Shown here: positions 29,151-39,239 of the stretch, in pieces
Layout: the number at the start of each line of letters is the position of its first letter
Position numbering within the stretch: the first letter of the stretch is position 1
Made by a program: the position numbers and the translations under genes
NCBI GenBank assembly: GCA_963736715.1
Contig: CAVTQA010000027.1
Location: 127,979 to 191,978 of the forward strand
DNA: 64,000 nucleotides
Source of the DNA: an uncultured Alphaproteobacteria bacterium
GTDB taxonomy: Bacteria; Pseudomonadota; Alphaproteobacteria; ATCC43930; CGMCC-115725
Direction: 5' to 3'
The notes under the pieces: model-generated
Told to the model about the DNA's origin: nothing
The model's database searches: none
What the model saw: only the letters and a program-made list of their open reading frames with translations

Positions 29151-29554
29151 ATCCCGCCCCCGACGCCGAGGAGCCCGCCGAGCCGGTCCGCGACCTCCGG
29201 ACGGGCTATCGGCTCCGAACCTGGCGGCACAGGCGACGCTACCCATCGTCCGCTGACCGAACCGAAACGGAGGTCCTCGACGGCTGGCTCGCGGATCTTG
29301 ACGAGCGGGTCCATGGCGAGGTCTTCATGATTGGAGGCGGCCACGATTTAGGACGGCCGACCAATCGCGCCGTTCGGCGAAATCGCCATGCTGCGGGTGG
29401 CGCGTCAAATCTGCGCCAGCGACAGTTTCTTGCGATCGGCTACGCCGGCGCGCCATCATCGCGGTGGTCGGGGCGCGGCTCGACACCAAGCTCAACCTGC
29501 ACCCGCCCCGCAGCGCCACGCCCATTGCGGTGGCAACGCTTCTCGCGCCGAGAG

Positions 29555-30835
29555 TCATCGCCGGAATACCGCGGCGAGTTCGAGGTGCGGGGTCCATACG
29601 AACTGATCGACGGGCGTTACGCGCTCGAGGCGGTAGCCGCCGCCGACCAGCTTGGCGGCGTCGCGTGCGAAGGTGGCCGGGTTGCAGGATATCGCGACGA
29701 CCGTTTCTATCGCCGAGGCGGCAAGCGCTTCCGCCTGCCGGGTGGCGCCGGCGCGCGGCGGATCGAACACCGCAGCGGCGTAGCGGGCGAGCGCGCTCGC
29801 CGGAACCGGGTTGCGGGCTAGGTCCCGGCGTTCGACAGTAACCCTCGGCTGGTCTGCGGCGGCTCGGGCGAGCGCAGCAGCAGTGCGCGGATCGCCCTCG
29901 ATGGCGTGGACGGAACCGCCACGGGCCAAGGCAAAGCCGAAGGTACCCAGTCCCGCGAAGAGATCGAGCACTGGGCGGTCTGGACCGACCCCCGAAAGAA
30001 CCTCCTCGACGAGTATCATCTCGGCCGATGGACTCGCCTGCAAAAACGCCCCGGGCGGGAATGGGACGGCGACACCGGACAGCAGTACTCGGACCGGCTG
30101 TTGCTCGACGATAACAAGCTCGTCGAGGCCGGAACGCCAGACGATGCGGGCGAGGTCGCACTCCTCGGCGAACCGCGCGAGGGCCTCGCATGCCCCGAGC
30201 TTCGGGCGCTCTGCCGCCTCGATCATCAGGTCGATGCCGCTGTCGGTGCGGGTGAGAGTAGCCTCCGCCATCTCGCCGGCTGCGACAAAGTCGGCCGCAA
30301 CCTGCCGGAGCCCGTCGATGAGCGCGAATATCGCCGGTTCTAGCACCGGGCATTCAATCGGGTCGATCAGACTATGGCGGAATCGTTCGCGATAACCGAC
30401 GCGCGCCGGCAGACGCGGATCGCGCGGCCGGGCGAGGCCCAGGCGCGCCCGCCGCCGTTCCGGCGGCACGAGCCGCATCGGGCCGACAACACTGGGATCG
30501 ATCCCGACCCGTTCGAGTGCCGTACGCAGCGTACCGAGCTTAAGCCGCCGGTATGATGCATCATCCAGGTGCTGCAGCGCACAACCGCCGCAGGTCCCAA
30601 AATGGCGGCAGCGTGGAGCGGTGCGCCCCGGCCCGGAGGCGAGCAGGTCGACGACCAACCCCTCCCACCCACCATGACGGCGCGCCCCGAACCGAGCGTG
30701 GACGCGATCACCCGGCACCGTAAAGGGTACGAAGACCAGCTCACCTCGGTATTGCGCAATGCCGTCCCCGCGCGCGCCGATCCGCTCGATGGAGAGCTCG
30801 GCGAGACCCTCGCTGTGCGCCTCTGATCGCCCCAA
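29555..30835 (-). CDS. TRAM-domain class I SAM-dependent RNA (uracil-5) methyltransferase, RlmD/TrmA family
   Basis: ORF 29555..30937. A TTG at 30835 would avoid the 88-nt overlap with the upstream gene. TRAM-like LSIERIGARGDGIA..., Cys cluster CRHFGTCGGCALQH, SAM motif VLDLFAGLGTFG, C-terminal VSCNPATFARD. Confidence 0.8.
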   Translation of the reverse strand: MGRSEAHSEGLAELSIERIGARGDGIAQYRGELVFVPFTVPGDRVHARFGARRHGGWEGLVVDLLASGPGRTAPRCRHFGTCGGCALQHLDDASYRRLKLGTLRTALERVGIDPSVVGPMRLVPPERRRARLGLARPRDPRLPARVGYRERFRHSLIDPIECPVLEPAIFALIDGLRQVAADFVAAGEMAEATLTRTDSGIDLMIEAAERPKLGACEALARFAEECDLARIVWRSGLDELVIVEQQPVRVLLSGVAVPFPPGAFLQASPSAEMILVEEVLSGVGPDRPVLDLFAGLGTFGFALARGGSVHAIEGDPRTAAALARAAADQPRVTVERRDLARNPVPASALARYAAAVFDPPRAGATRQAEALAASAIETVVAISCNPATFARDAAKLVGGGYRLERVTPVDQFVWTPHLELAAVFRR

Positions 30836-30849
30836 GGCGTCAGCCTGCG

Positions 30850-31599
30850 CTAGAAGTCGGGTTTCGGCAGCGGCCGCGACGGGGTGCGGATCGGCACGGA
30901 CGCCGCTATCTCGCCGTTGATGATGGCCCAGCCCCATTCGAGTAAAGGCAGGGCTATGTGAGCGAAATCGACGATGCGGTCGACCACCCCCGACGACTGC
31001 ATTTCCGCGTCGGTTAATGGCGCGTGCGCGGTAAAGGATTTCCAGCCGACATACTCGGCCACTTTTGTTCCTTTCGCCGCCTCGAACCCGCGTGGCGGAC
31101 GGCTCAGTCGTTCGTCGCTGGAGAGTGGACTGCCCGCCGCCGCCAGCCCGTCAGCGATTGCCAGAAACGCCTCTGGATCATCGAGGATGGCGCGCCGCAA
31201 CCGAAGCAATAGACCGGGTTCGGGATGCCAGAAGCCGGCTGCCACCATCGATTCCGCCGGAGCAAGGTGAAGATAGAGCAGACCCGGGTCCCGTTTCCCG
31301 CCGGATCGCGTCAGCACCGCCCCGGCATGCGTCTTGTAAAGCCGCTTGTCCGGCGAGAAGCGCACGTCGCGATAGATGCGGAAGATCCCGTGCCTGGGAT
31401 CGCCTACCAGCGGCACGCCGGCTTCCTGCAATGCCGCCCCGACCGTGGCGATCAACTCCCGGAAAGGCGCCAATACTTCGGTTTCGTAGAGCGCCTTGCG
31501 CGGCTTGAACCAGACCGGATCATTGTTGCCGCGGAGCTCGCTGAAGAAAGCGAACGCGGCCGGCCGGAACCCGGCAAACCGGGTCGGGGCTTCCGTCAT
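30850..31599 (-). CDS. DUF2461 (TIGR02453) family protein
   Basis: 249 aa. FFSELRGNNDPVWFKPRKALYE...IFRIYRDVRFSPDKRLYKTH is the characteristic family core. Confidence 0.8.
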   Translation of the reverse strand: MTEAPTRFAGFRPAAFAFFSELRGNNDPVWFKPRKALYETEVLAPFRELIATVGAALQEAGVPLVGDPRHGIFRIYRDVRFSPDKRLYKTHAGAVLTRSGGKRDPGLLYLHLAPAESMVAAGFWHPEPGLLLRLRRAILDDPEAFLAIADGLAAAGSPLSSDERLSRPPRGFEAAKGTKVAEYVGWKSFTAHAPLTDAEMQSSGVVDRIVDFAHIALPLLEWGWAIINGEIAASVPIRTPSRPLPKPDF

Positions 31600-32391
31600 C
31601 GCCCTTCCTCCTCACCCGCGCCGCTCCGGCGGGCGTAGAGCAGGAATTCCCGGTTGCCTTGCGGACCGAGGACCGGGCTCTCGAGGACGCCAATTACGAT
31701 CCAACCCGGCTGCGCCGCGACCCAGGCGGCGGCGCGCTCGCAGACCTCGTGATGGATGGCGGCATCGCGCACCACCCCGCCCTTGCCGACATGCTCGCGG
31801 CCGGCCTCGAATTGCGGCTTGACGAGCGCCACGAGCTCGGCCTCTTCGGCGGCGAGCGCGAGCGGCGCCGGCAATAATGTCGCGAGGCCGATGAAGCTTG
31901 CATCACAGGTGATCATGTCGACCGGCTCGGGAACATGGGCTCGGGTCAGATGGCGCGCGTTCACCCGCTCGTAGACAATTACGCGCGGATCCTGCCGCAG
32001 TTTCCAGGCGAGTTGACCGTGCCCCACATCGACGGCGTAGACGCGCCCAGCCCCGCGCGACAGCAGCACATCGGTAAAACCGCCGGTCGAGGCACCGATG
32101 TCGAGAGCCGTCTTGCCATCGACTGCGATCCCGAAATGGTCGAGAGCGTGAGCGAGCTTGAGGCCCCCCCGCGACACCCAGGGATGGTCGTTCCCCTTGA
32201 TGGCGAGCGCCGCATCCGCCGCGAGCTGTTCGCCTGGCTTGTCGATCCGCCGCCCGGCGCAATTGACCACTCCGGCGAGGATCAGCGCCTGAGCCTTGGC
32301 CCGGCTTTCAGCAAGACCCCGCTCGACGAGGAGCTGATCAGCCCGCCGTTTTGCGAGCCTGCGCGGGAATCTGGGGGTGAGGTCGGCTCAT
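31596..32391 (-). pseudogene. tlyA: TlyA-family rRNA 2'-O-methyltransferase with a 5' frameshift in a homopolymer
   Basis: FtsJ-like body (VSRGGLKLAHALDHF...ALDIGASTGGFTDVLL). The S4-domain residues RADQLLVERGLAESRAKAQALILAG are in frame but have no start codon. The ATG at 32391 forms an ATGA overlap with the LysR stop and is in another frame. The two frames are joined by the run at 32349-32352 (TTTT on +). Confidence 0.7.
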
Positions 32392-33302
32392 CGCGATTGC
32401 GATTGCGGCAAAGGAGATTGGGACGCGGACAAGTGGCGGACGAGGTCGCGGGCGTAGATCGGGAGATCGGCCTCCCGGCGAATGCAGATCGTCAGATTGC
32501 GGAGCGCCCAGTCATCCGCCAGCTCGATCCGGCGGATCGACATCGTCCTGGCGTGGCGCTCGGCAGTGGTCGCCGGGACGATGCCGATCCCGACATTGCA
32601 TTCGACAAATCGGCATACTGCATCAAAGCTGCGCAGCTGAACACGCAATTTGAGGCGGCGGCCCACTCTCTCTGCCTTTTCGGAAAGAAAACGCTGCAGA
32701 GCGCTCGTCCGGTCCAGACCGACAAAATCGAAGTCGAGCACCTCGGCAAAGGGGATATGCTCGACTGTTGCCAACCGGTGCTCTGGCGCGACAACCAGCA
32801 CAAAGCGGTCGGTGCGAAAGGGAAGGGTCTCGAGACCGGCGACCTCCACCGTGGCGGCGACGATGCCAATATCCGCCGTGCCGTCGGCAACGGCGGCGAC
32901 AATCTCGTCACTGAGCCGCTCTTCCAGATCGATGTTCACCTGCGGATGGGAGGCGAGGAAATCGCTGAGCGGCTCGGGCAGAAATTCGGTCAGCGCGTTG
33001 GTATTGGATAACAGACGAACCTGCCCCTTGATGCCCTCTGCATATTGCGCGAGCTCACTGTGCATGCGCGCTGCCTGCTGCAACAGCATGCGCGCGTGAT
33101 GAACGAGAGTGCGTCCGGCCGGGGTCGGCTGCACGCCCTGGCGTTCACGGTGCAGCAAAGGAGTGCCGAGCGCCGCCTCCATGTTGCGGATGCGCGTGCT
33201 CGCCGCGGCGATGGCCAGATGCATGCGCTCGGCGCCATGCGTGATGCTGCCTGCTTCCACCACACTCAGAAACAGCCGCAAGTCACTGAGATCGAAACGC
33301 AC
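32388..33302 (-). CDS. LysR-family transcriptional regulator
   Basis: 304 aa. N-terminal wHTH MRFDLSDLRLFLSVVEAGSITHGAERMHLAIAAASTRIRNMEAALG, plus a LysR substrate-binding domain. Confidence 0.9.
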   Translation of the reverse strand: MRFDLSDLRLFLSVVEAGSITHGAERMHLAIAAASTRIRNMEAALGTPLLHRERQGVQPTPAGRTLVHHARMLLQQAARMHSELAQYAEGIKGQVRLLSNTNALTEFLPEPLSDFLASHPQVNIDLEERLSDEIVAAVADGTADIGIVAATVEVAGLETLPFRTDRFVLVVAPEHRLATVEHIPFAEVLDFDFVGLDRTSALQRFLSEKAERVGRRLKLRVQLRSFDAVCRFVECNVGIGIVPATTAERHARTMSIRRIELADDWALRNLTICIRREADLPIYARDLVRHLSASQSPLPQSQSR

Positions 33303-33403
33303 GGGGCGGCCTTCGGATTTGACGAACCAAGACTACGCTAAATGCCGATTGTGTCAATCCCGGAAGCGGCATCAGATTTCGGCAAACACGAAAGCGAGAA
33401 ATC

Positions 33404-35191
33404 ATGAGCACCGCCTATCCCATCGAGCATCACACTTACGATGTCGTCGTAGTCGGGGGCGGCGGCGCCGGATTGCGGGCGACATTGGGAATGACCGTCG
33501 CGGGGCTCAAGGCCGCCTGCATCAGCAAGGTCTTCCCGACCCGCAGCCATACCGTCGCAGCGCAGGGCGGCATCGGCGCCGCACTCGGCAATATGGGCGA
33601 GGACGACTGGCGCTGGCACATGTACGACACGGTCAAGGGGTCCGATTGGCTGGGCGACCAAGACGCCATCGAATTCATGTGCCGCAATGCAATGGAAGCG
33701 GTCGTCGAGCTGGAGCACTTTGGTGTGCCGTTCTCGCGCACCGAGGACGGGCTGATTTACCAGCGGCCGTTTGGCGGCCATACCGTGCAATGGGGCAAAG
33801 GTCTGGCCAAGCGCGCCTGCGCCGCCGCCGACCGGACCGGGCATGCGATGCTCCATACCCTCTACCAGCAGTGCCTCAGACACAATGCCGAGTTCTTCAT
33901 CGAGTATCTCGTGCTCGATGTGGTCATGGACGAAGGCCAATGCCGCGGGGTCGTTGCATGGCGGCTCGAAGACGGCACCCTGCACCTGTTCCGCGCGCAG
34001 ATCGTCGTGTTGGCGACGGGGGGCGGCGGCCGCACCTACTTCTCGACGACCCAGGCGCATATCTGCACCGGCGACGGGTACGCCATGGCCTTGCGCGCCG
34101 GATTGCCATTGCAGGACATGGAGTTCATCCAGTTTCATCCGACCGGCATTTACGGAGCCGGCTGCTTGATCACCGAGGGGTCGCGCGGCGAAGGCGGGTA
34201 TCTGACGAATGCCGAGGGCGAGCGATTTATGGAACGCTATGCGCCGACCACCAAGGACCTTGCCTCGCGCGACGTGGTCGCCCGCGCGATGGCGATCGAG
34301 ATCCGCGAGGGCCGCGGCTGCGGGCCGCAAAAGGACCACATCCTTTTGCATCTCGAGCACCTCGATCCCGAGGTGCTGCATCAGCGCCTTCCGGGCATTT
34401 CAGAAACCGCCAGGATCTTTGCCGGGGTTGACGTGGCGCGGCAGCCGATCCCGGTATTGCCGACCGCGCATTACAACATGGGCGGCATCCCGACCAATAT
34501 CCATGGCGAGGTACTGAACCCGGCTGCCGATGATCCCGAACGCACCGCGCCGGGGCTGATGGCAATCGGCGAAGCCGCCTGCGTGTCGGTGCACGGCGCC
34601 ACCCGTCTCGGCACCAACTCGCTGCTCGATCTGGTGGTGTTCGGCCGCGCCGCCGCGCAGCGCGCCGCCGAGATCGTCGAGCCGGGAGCGGCGCACAGCT
34701 CTTTTCGATCTTCGGCGACAGATCAGGCGCTCGCCAGGTTCGACCGGGTGCGCCATGCGAAAGGGCGGCTGAAGACCGGTGAAATACGGGTCGCGATGCA
34801 GCGTACCATGCAGGACCACTGTTCTGTCTTTCGCACCGCCGATGTGCTCGCAGAAGGGCTGCGCAAGATGTTGGCGGTCACCGATGCGCTGAGCGACCTC
34901 GTCGTTGCGGACCGCTCGCTGATCTGGAACACCGAGCTCGTAGAGGCGCTCGAGCTCGACAACCTGACCGGGCAGGCGATGGTCGTCCTCCATTCCGCGC
35001 TGTACCGGACCGAAAGCCGCGGCGCCCATGCCCGCGAGGATTTTCCCGCCCGGGACGACCGCAACTGGCTCAAACACACCCTCGCCTGGCAGAACGCTGA
35101 CGGCAGGGTGCGACTCGGCGACCGCCCGGTGCACCTTCATACTCTGTCGAACGAAGTGCAGCCGTTCCCGCCGGCGGAGCGCGTATACTGA
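33404..35191 (+). CDS. sdhA: succinate dehydrogenase/fumarate reductase flavoprotein subunit (orphan copy)
   Basis: 595 aa. [15 protein letters not shown], the covalent-FAD His context [36 protein letters not shown]-terminal ERVY. No sdhB/C/D genes are adjacent. Confidence 0.85.
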   Translation: MSTAYPIEHHTYDVVVVGGGGAGLRATLGMTVAGLKAACISKVFPTRSHTVAAQGGIGAALGNMGEDDWRWHMYDTVKGSDWLGDQDAIEFMCRNAMEAVVELEHFGVPFSRTEDGLIYQRPFGGHTVQWGKGLAKRACAAADRTGHAMLHTLYQQCLRHNAEFFIEYLVLDVVMDEGQCRGVVAWRLEDGTLHLFRAQIVVLATGGGGRTYFSTTQAHICTGDGYAMALRAGLPLQDMEFIQFHPTGIYGAGCLITEGSRGEGGYLTNAEGERFMERYAPTTKDLASRDVVARAMAIEIREGRGCGPQKDHILLHLEHLDPEVLHQRLPGISETARIFAGVDVARQPIPVLPTAHYNMGGIPTNIHGEVLNPAADDPERTAPGLMAIGEAACVSVHGATRLGTNSLLDLVVFGRAAAQRAAEIVEPGAAHSSFRSSATDQALARFDRVRHAKGRLKTGEIRVAMQRTMQDHCSVFRTADVLAEGLRKMLAVTDALSDLVVADRSLIWNTELVEALELDNLTGQAMVVLHSALYRTESRGAHAREDFPARDDRNWLKHTLAWQNADGRVRLGDRPVHLHTLSNEVQPFPPAERVY

Positions 35192-35493
35192 AGCGGCGGC
35201 TCCGCGCGATTGCCGGCGAGCTACAATTGAAACTTGTATCGGGAATCGCACTCCGCTGCTTCTGCAGCGGGTCTGCAGCGAGATTCCCCTTTCGGTTGTA
35301 CCATTCAAACAGCCGGTCCCGCGCGCGATCCTTTTTCAGGATCCGGCACAAGGTTTGAGTATGCAATCCGAAGGAGGCGAAATTGAGGTCGTCGTGTCGC
35401 TAGAATGGTAGGGCGGAAAAGCGGGAGCGCGATCCGCCAATCACCTCCGTTAGAAATTAATCGGGATGGCGGAAAGCGCTGCGCTTTTCCGCC

Positions 35494-36667
35494 CTACAGG
35501 CTCGGCATGTAGCCTTTGCGGGGGTACTCCTCCCAATACTGGCGGAAACCGCGGTGCGTGGCTTCCTGGTGAGGGTGGGCGCGAAGTTTGTCGACATCGA
35601 TGTCGATGCCGAGACCGGGAGTGGTCGGCAGATCGATCCAGCCGTCCTGCACGGTCAGCGACGCGGTGGCGATTTCACGGCACAGATCTTGGAAATTTAC
35701 GAAATATTCGGTGATCCGGAAATTCGGAATTACCGCCGATAGGTGCACTGTGGCCGCGAGGCCGACGAGCGTGCTGTTGTAATTGTGCGGCGACATGACG
35801 ACTGCCTGCGGCTGCGCCATCGCGGCAATGTCGAGCATCGCGCTGATGCCGCCGACGGCGCAGATGTCCGGGTTCAAGATGTCGGCGGCGCGTTTGGCCA
35901 GGCACTCGAAGAAGGCTTCCTTCGAATAGATCGCCTCGCCGGTGACGATCGGGATCGGCACCGCGCGCCGTACCTCGGCGACCAGGTCGATGTTCTCCGA
36001 CAGGCACGGCTCCTCGTACCAGTCGATGCCGAACTCGGCGAGGCGATGGCCGATGCGGATCGCGTGCGCCGGCGCAAAGCGGCGATGCGCTTCGATCAAG
36101 CAGCTCGAAATCGGGCCCCAATGCCTGGCGCATCGCCCGGACATAGTCGATCGCGAAATCCTCGTCGCGCCGATCGACAAAGCTGCGCCAGGGGCCGGGG
36201 AACGGATCGAATTTGGCGGCGGTAAAGCCCATTGCCTTGACCTTCAGCCCGCGTTCGACCCCCTCCTCGATCGTCGTCCCGCGCGACCAGCCATTGGCAT
36301 AGACGCGCACGCGCTCGCGCGACGCGCCGCCTATCAGGTTGTACACCGGCAATCCGGCACGCTTGCCGATGATGTCCCAGGAGGCGATTTCGATCGCGCT
36401 CCACGCCGCCATCAGCTCCAATGAGATGCGGCGGATCGCAAAATCCTCGAACATGATCTGGCCGGTGTGCCGGATGTTGAAGGCACTGCGGCCGATTACA
36501 TGCGGCGCCATCGCCTCGAGGCAGTCCGCGACCACCGTCTCCTTGCCGTGCGTGACATAGGCCTCGCCCCAGCCGTAATGGCCGTCCTCGGTCTCGACGC
36601 GACAGAACAACAGATCCTTCGAGCTGCCAGTCCCGAGGATAAAGGTTTCGATGCGCGCAATTTTCAT
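35494..36667 (-). pseudogene. enolase-superfamily (mandelate racemase / galactonate dehydratase-like) gene with one frameshift
   Basis: The N-terminal 36667..~36100 part (MKIARIETFILG...GWGEAY...) and the C-terminal part (LIEAHRRFAP...WYEEPC...IVTGEAIYSK...) are in different frames. The junction is at about 36095-36100. Confidence 0.8.
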
Positions 36668-36685
36668 GTCCCCTCCGGTGATGCC

Positions 36686-39154
36686 TCAGGTCACGAACCG
36701 ATTAGGTTGGCTGTCCAGCGCTTCGCGAATGGCGCGGGCCAGGGTCTGCAACTGATAGGGTTTGCGTACGAGCGGCAGTCCAGCTTCCAGGGTGTGCAAA
36801 GCCTTGGCATAGCCGCTCGTCAGTAATACGGCGACGTCAGGGTATTCCTCCTTGATGCGCCGCGCGAGAGCCAGGCCGTCGAGCTCTCCGGGCATGATGA
36901 CGTCAGTGAACACCAGGTTGATCGCCTCGCCCGAAGCGAGCAATTCCAAACCAGCCGCGGCCGATTGGACATGAAATACGCGGTAGCCGAGCTGATTTAG
37001 CAGCAGCCCGGCCACTTCCTGGACCTCGGGATTGTCCTCGACGACCAGAACGGTTTCACAGCCTTGCGGCGGGTTGCTGTCGACAATCGACTCCTCGCTG
37101 AGCGGCCGGTGGCTTCGCGGAAGGTAAATCGTCACCGCTGTGCCTTCGCCTACTCGGCTGGTGATCGTCACTGTGCCACCCGACTGGCGCGTCAAGCCAT
37201 AGACTTGCGACAGACCCAATCCGGTTCCTTTGTCGAGCTGCTTTGTCGTAAAAAACGGCTCGAACACCTTAGGCAGGATGTCGGCTTCTATCCCTCGCCC
37301 AGTATCTGTCACCGTCAGGGCGACGAATTCTCCGCGCAGGCCATCCGACGCATCATCCGGCTGTAGCCGCATATTCTTGGCCGTGATCGTGATCGTTCCG
37401 CCGCCGAGCATCGCGTCCCGCGCGTTGACAACCAAGTTTATCAACGCAAGCTCCAGTTCATGAATATCGACCGCGACCGGCCAGACACTGCGCCGGATAT
37501 CGATCACCAGTGTGATATCGCCTCGGGCTGAACTCGCGAGCAGATCGCGGAACTCTGCAAGACGTTGGTGCAAGCTGACGACGATGGGGTTCAGGGCTTG
37601 ACGGCGAGAGAAGGCGAGCAGCTGGCGAGTGAGATTTTCACCGCGCGCCGCGGCAATTTCGATCGCCTCCACCGAGCGCAGGTTTTTTGGATCGCGAAGC
37701 CGGAGTTTGAGCATCTGCGCGTTGCCGCTGACAACCGTCAGCATATTATTGAAGTCGTGCGCTATGCCGCCGGTCAGCTGTCCCAACGCTTCCATCTTTT
37801 GTGACTGGGCCAGCTGCTCTTGCGCGCGCTGCAGTTTCGCTCTTGCTTCATGGCGCTCGGTGACGTCGCGCATGATATTCGCGAAACCGATGAGCTTGCC
37901 TTCCTCGTCGCGGATGGCGGCGATCACCACAGCCGCAAGGAACAAAGATCCATTCTTGCGAACCCGCCAGCCGTCATGTTCGTAGGTTCCCGAAGTTGCG
38001 GCCGCCGCGAGAGCGCGTTCGGGAGCACCGGCCGCCCGATCCACCGCCGTATAAAAACGCGAGAAATGGTGGCCGACAATTTCCGGTTCGGCATAGCCCT
38101 CAATGCGCTGCGCTCCGGCATTCCAGCCCGACACCACGCCGCGCGCATCGAGCCTGATCAGCGCGTGGTCAGTCGCGGCTTCTGTGAACAATCGGAACTG
38201 CCGCTCGCTTTCGCGCAGCGCCTCCGCGGCCAGCTTCTCGGTGGTAATGTGACGGCCGATCAAATAGATCAACCCGTTCTCTGCCGTCATGGTCCAAGCA
38301 ATCCAGCGCCACGAGCCGTCCTTGTGACGGAAGCGGTTCTCCATGCGCACCGTCGGAACACCCTCGGCGAGCCGCCTGCGGCCCGCCACTGAATGGGCCG
38401 CGTCGTCGGGATGCCTCAGCTCGCTGACATGCATCCTCTTGATCTCGTCCTCGCTCCAGCCGAGAAGCGTCGTCCATGCCGGATTTATGCTGGTGAAATA
38501 GCCGTCGAAGTTCGAAACACCGAGCAGGTCTTCGGATACCTGCCAGATCCGATCGCGTTCTCGGATCCGCTCGGCAATCTCGGCCTCCAGCCTCTCGTTT
38601 AGGACCCGCAGCGTCTCCTCTTTACGAACGCGCTCGGTCGTCTCGACGCAAGTAATCAGGATTCCGCCGACCCCGTGCGGAGCGGTTTCCTCCGGGATCG
38701 GGCTGTAGCTGATCGTAAATCGGGCGTGTTCAACCGTCGATCCGTGGCGGCGGACGCTCCAGGGATGATTTTCGGCAAAAAACGCGTCGCGTTCACCGCG
38801 CAGGATGGCCTGGTTCAACGACCCGAGCTCGGGGTAGATTTCCCACCAGACCTCGCGCAACGAGCGGCCCAATGCGTCCGGGTGCTTGTCGCGCAGGATG
38901 GGTCGATAGGCGTCGTTATAAATGAGGACCAGCTCGGGCCCCCATCGGATCGCCATCGGAAACCCCGAAGCGAGGATCATCGCGGTGCTGAGCTTCAGAC
39001 TTTGCGGCCAAGCCCCGCTACTGCCGAGCGGGGTCGCCGACCAATCCATCTCGCGGATCCGCCGTGCCATCTCTCCGGGCAGGCTGGTAAAGGCGCGGAC
39101 GTTCATCGGACGTAGGCTAGGTTTCCTCCCGAACATAGGAAGACCGTAAGACAC
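36686..39154 (-). CDS. multi-PAS hybrid sensor histidine kinase / response regulator
   Basis: 822 aa. Several PAS-like repeats, HisKA (GGIAHDFNNMLTVVSGNAQML), HATPase (DTGRGI...GTGLGLSQVYG), C-terminal REC (VLVVEDNPEV...DVIMPG). Confidence 0.9.
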   Translation of the reverse strand: MSYGLPMFGRKPSLRPMNVRAFTSLPGEMARRIREMDWSATPLGSSGAWPQSLKLSTAMILASGFPMAIRWGPELVLIYNDAYRPILRDKHPDALGRSLREVWWEIYPELGSLNQAILRGERDAFFAENHPWSVRRHGSTVEHARFTISYSPIPEETAPHGVGGILITCVETTERVRKEETLRVLNERLEAEIAERIRERDRIWQVSEDLLGVSNFDGYFTSINPAWTTLLGWSEDEIKRMHVSELRHPDDAAHSVAGRRRLAEGVPTVRMENRFRHKDGSWRWIAWTMTAENGLIYLIGRHITTEKLAAEALRESERQFRLFTEAATDHALIRLDARGVVSGWNAGAQRIEGYAEPEIVGHHFSRFYTAVDRAAGAPERALAAAATSGTYEHDGWRVRKNGSLFLAAVVIAAIRDEEGKLIGFANIMRDVTERHEARAKLQRAQEQLAQSQKMEALGQLTGGIAHDFNNMLTVVSGNAQMLKLRLRDPKNLRSVEAIEIAAARGENLTRQLLAFSRRQALNPIVVSLHQRLAEFRDLLASSARGDITLVIDIRRSVWPVAVDIHELELALINLVVNARDAMLGGGTITITAKNMRLQPDDASDGLRGEFVALTVTDTGRGIEADILPKVFEPFFTTKQLDKGTGLGLSQVYGLTRQSGGTVTITSRVGEGTAVTIYLPRSHRPLSEESIVDSNPPQGCETVLVVEDNPEVQEVAGLLLNQLGYRVFHVQSAAAGLELLASGEAINLVFTDVIMPGELDGLALARRIKEEYPDVAVLLTSGYAKALHTLEAGLPLVRKPYQLQTLARAIREALDSQPNRFVT

Positions 39155-39239
39155 ACGGGAATCCCGCGTATGTCCAGCCCCACCTATTGTGGTAGAAGTC
39201 GCCGGAGCGGGCTCGTTTCCTTCACAGGAGTTTACGGCA

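Noticed and set aside
29325-30353. 342-aa minus-strand ORF and several + strand ORFs inside the RNA methyltransferase gene
   Set aside because: These are Arg/Pro/Gly-rich alternative frames of a gene with clear TRAM and SAM-methyltransferase motifs.
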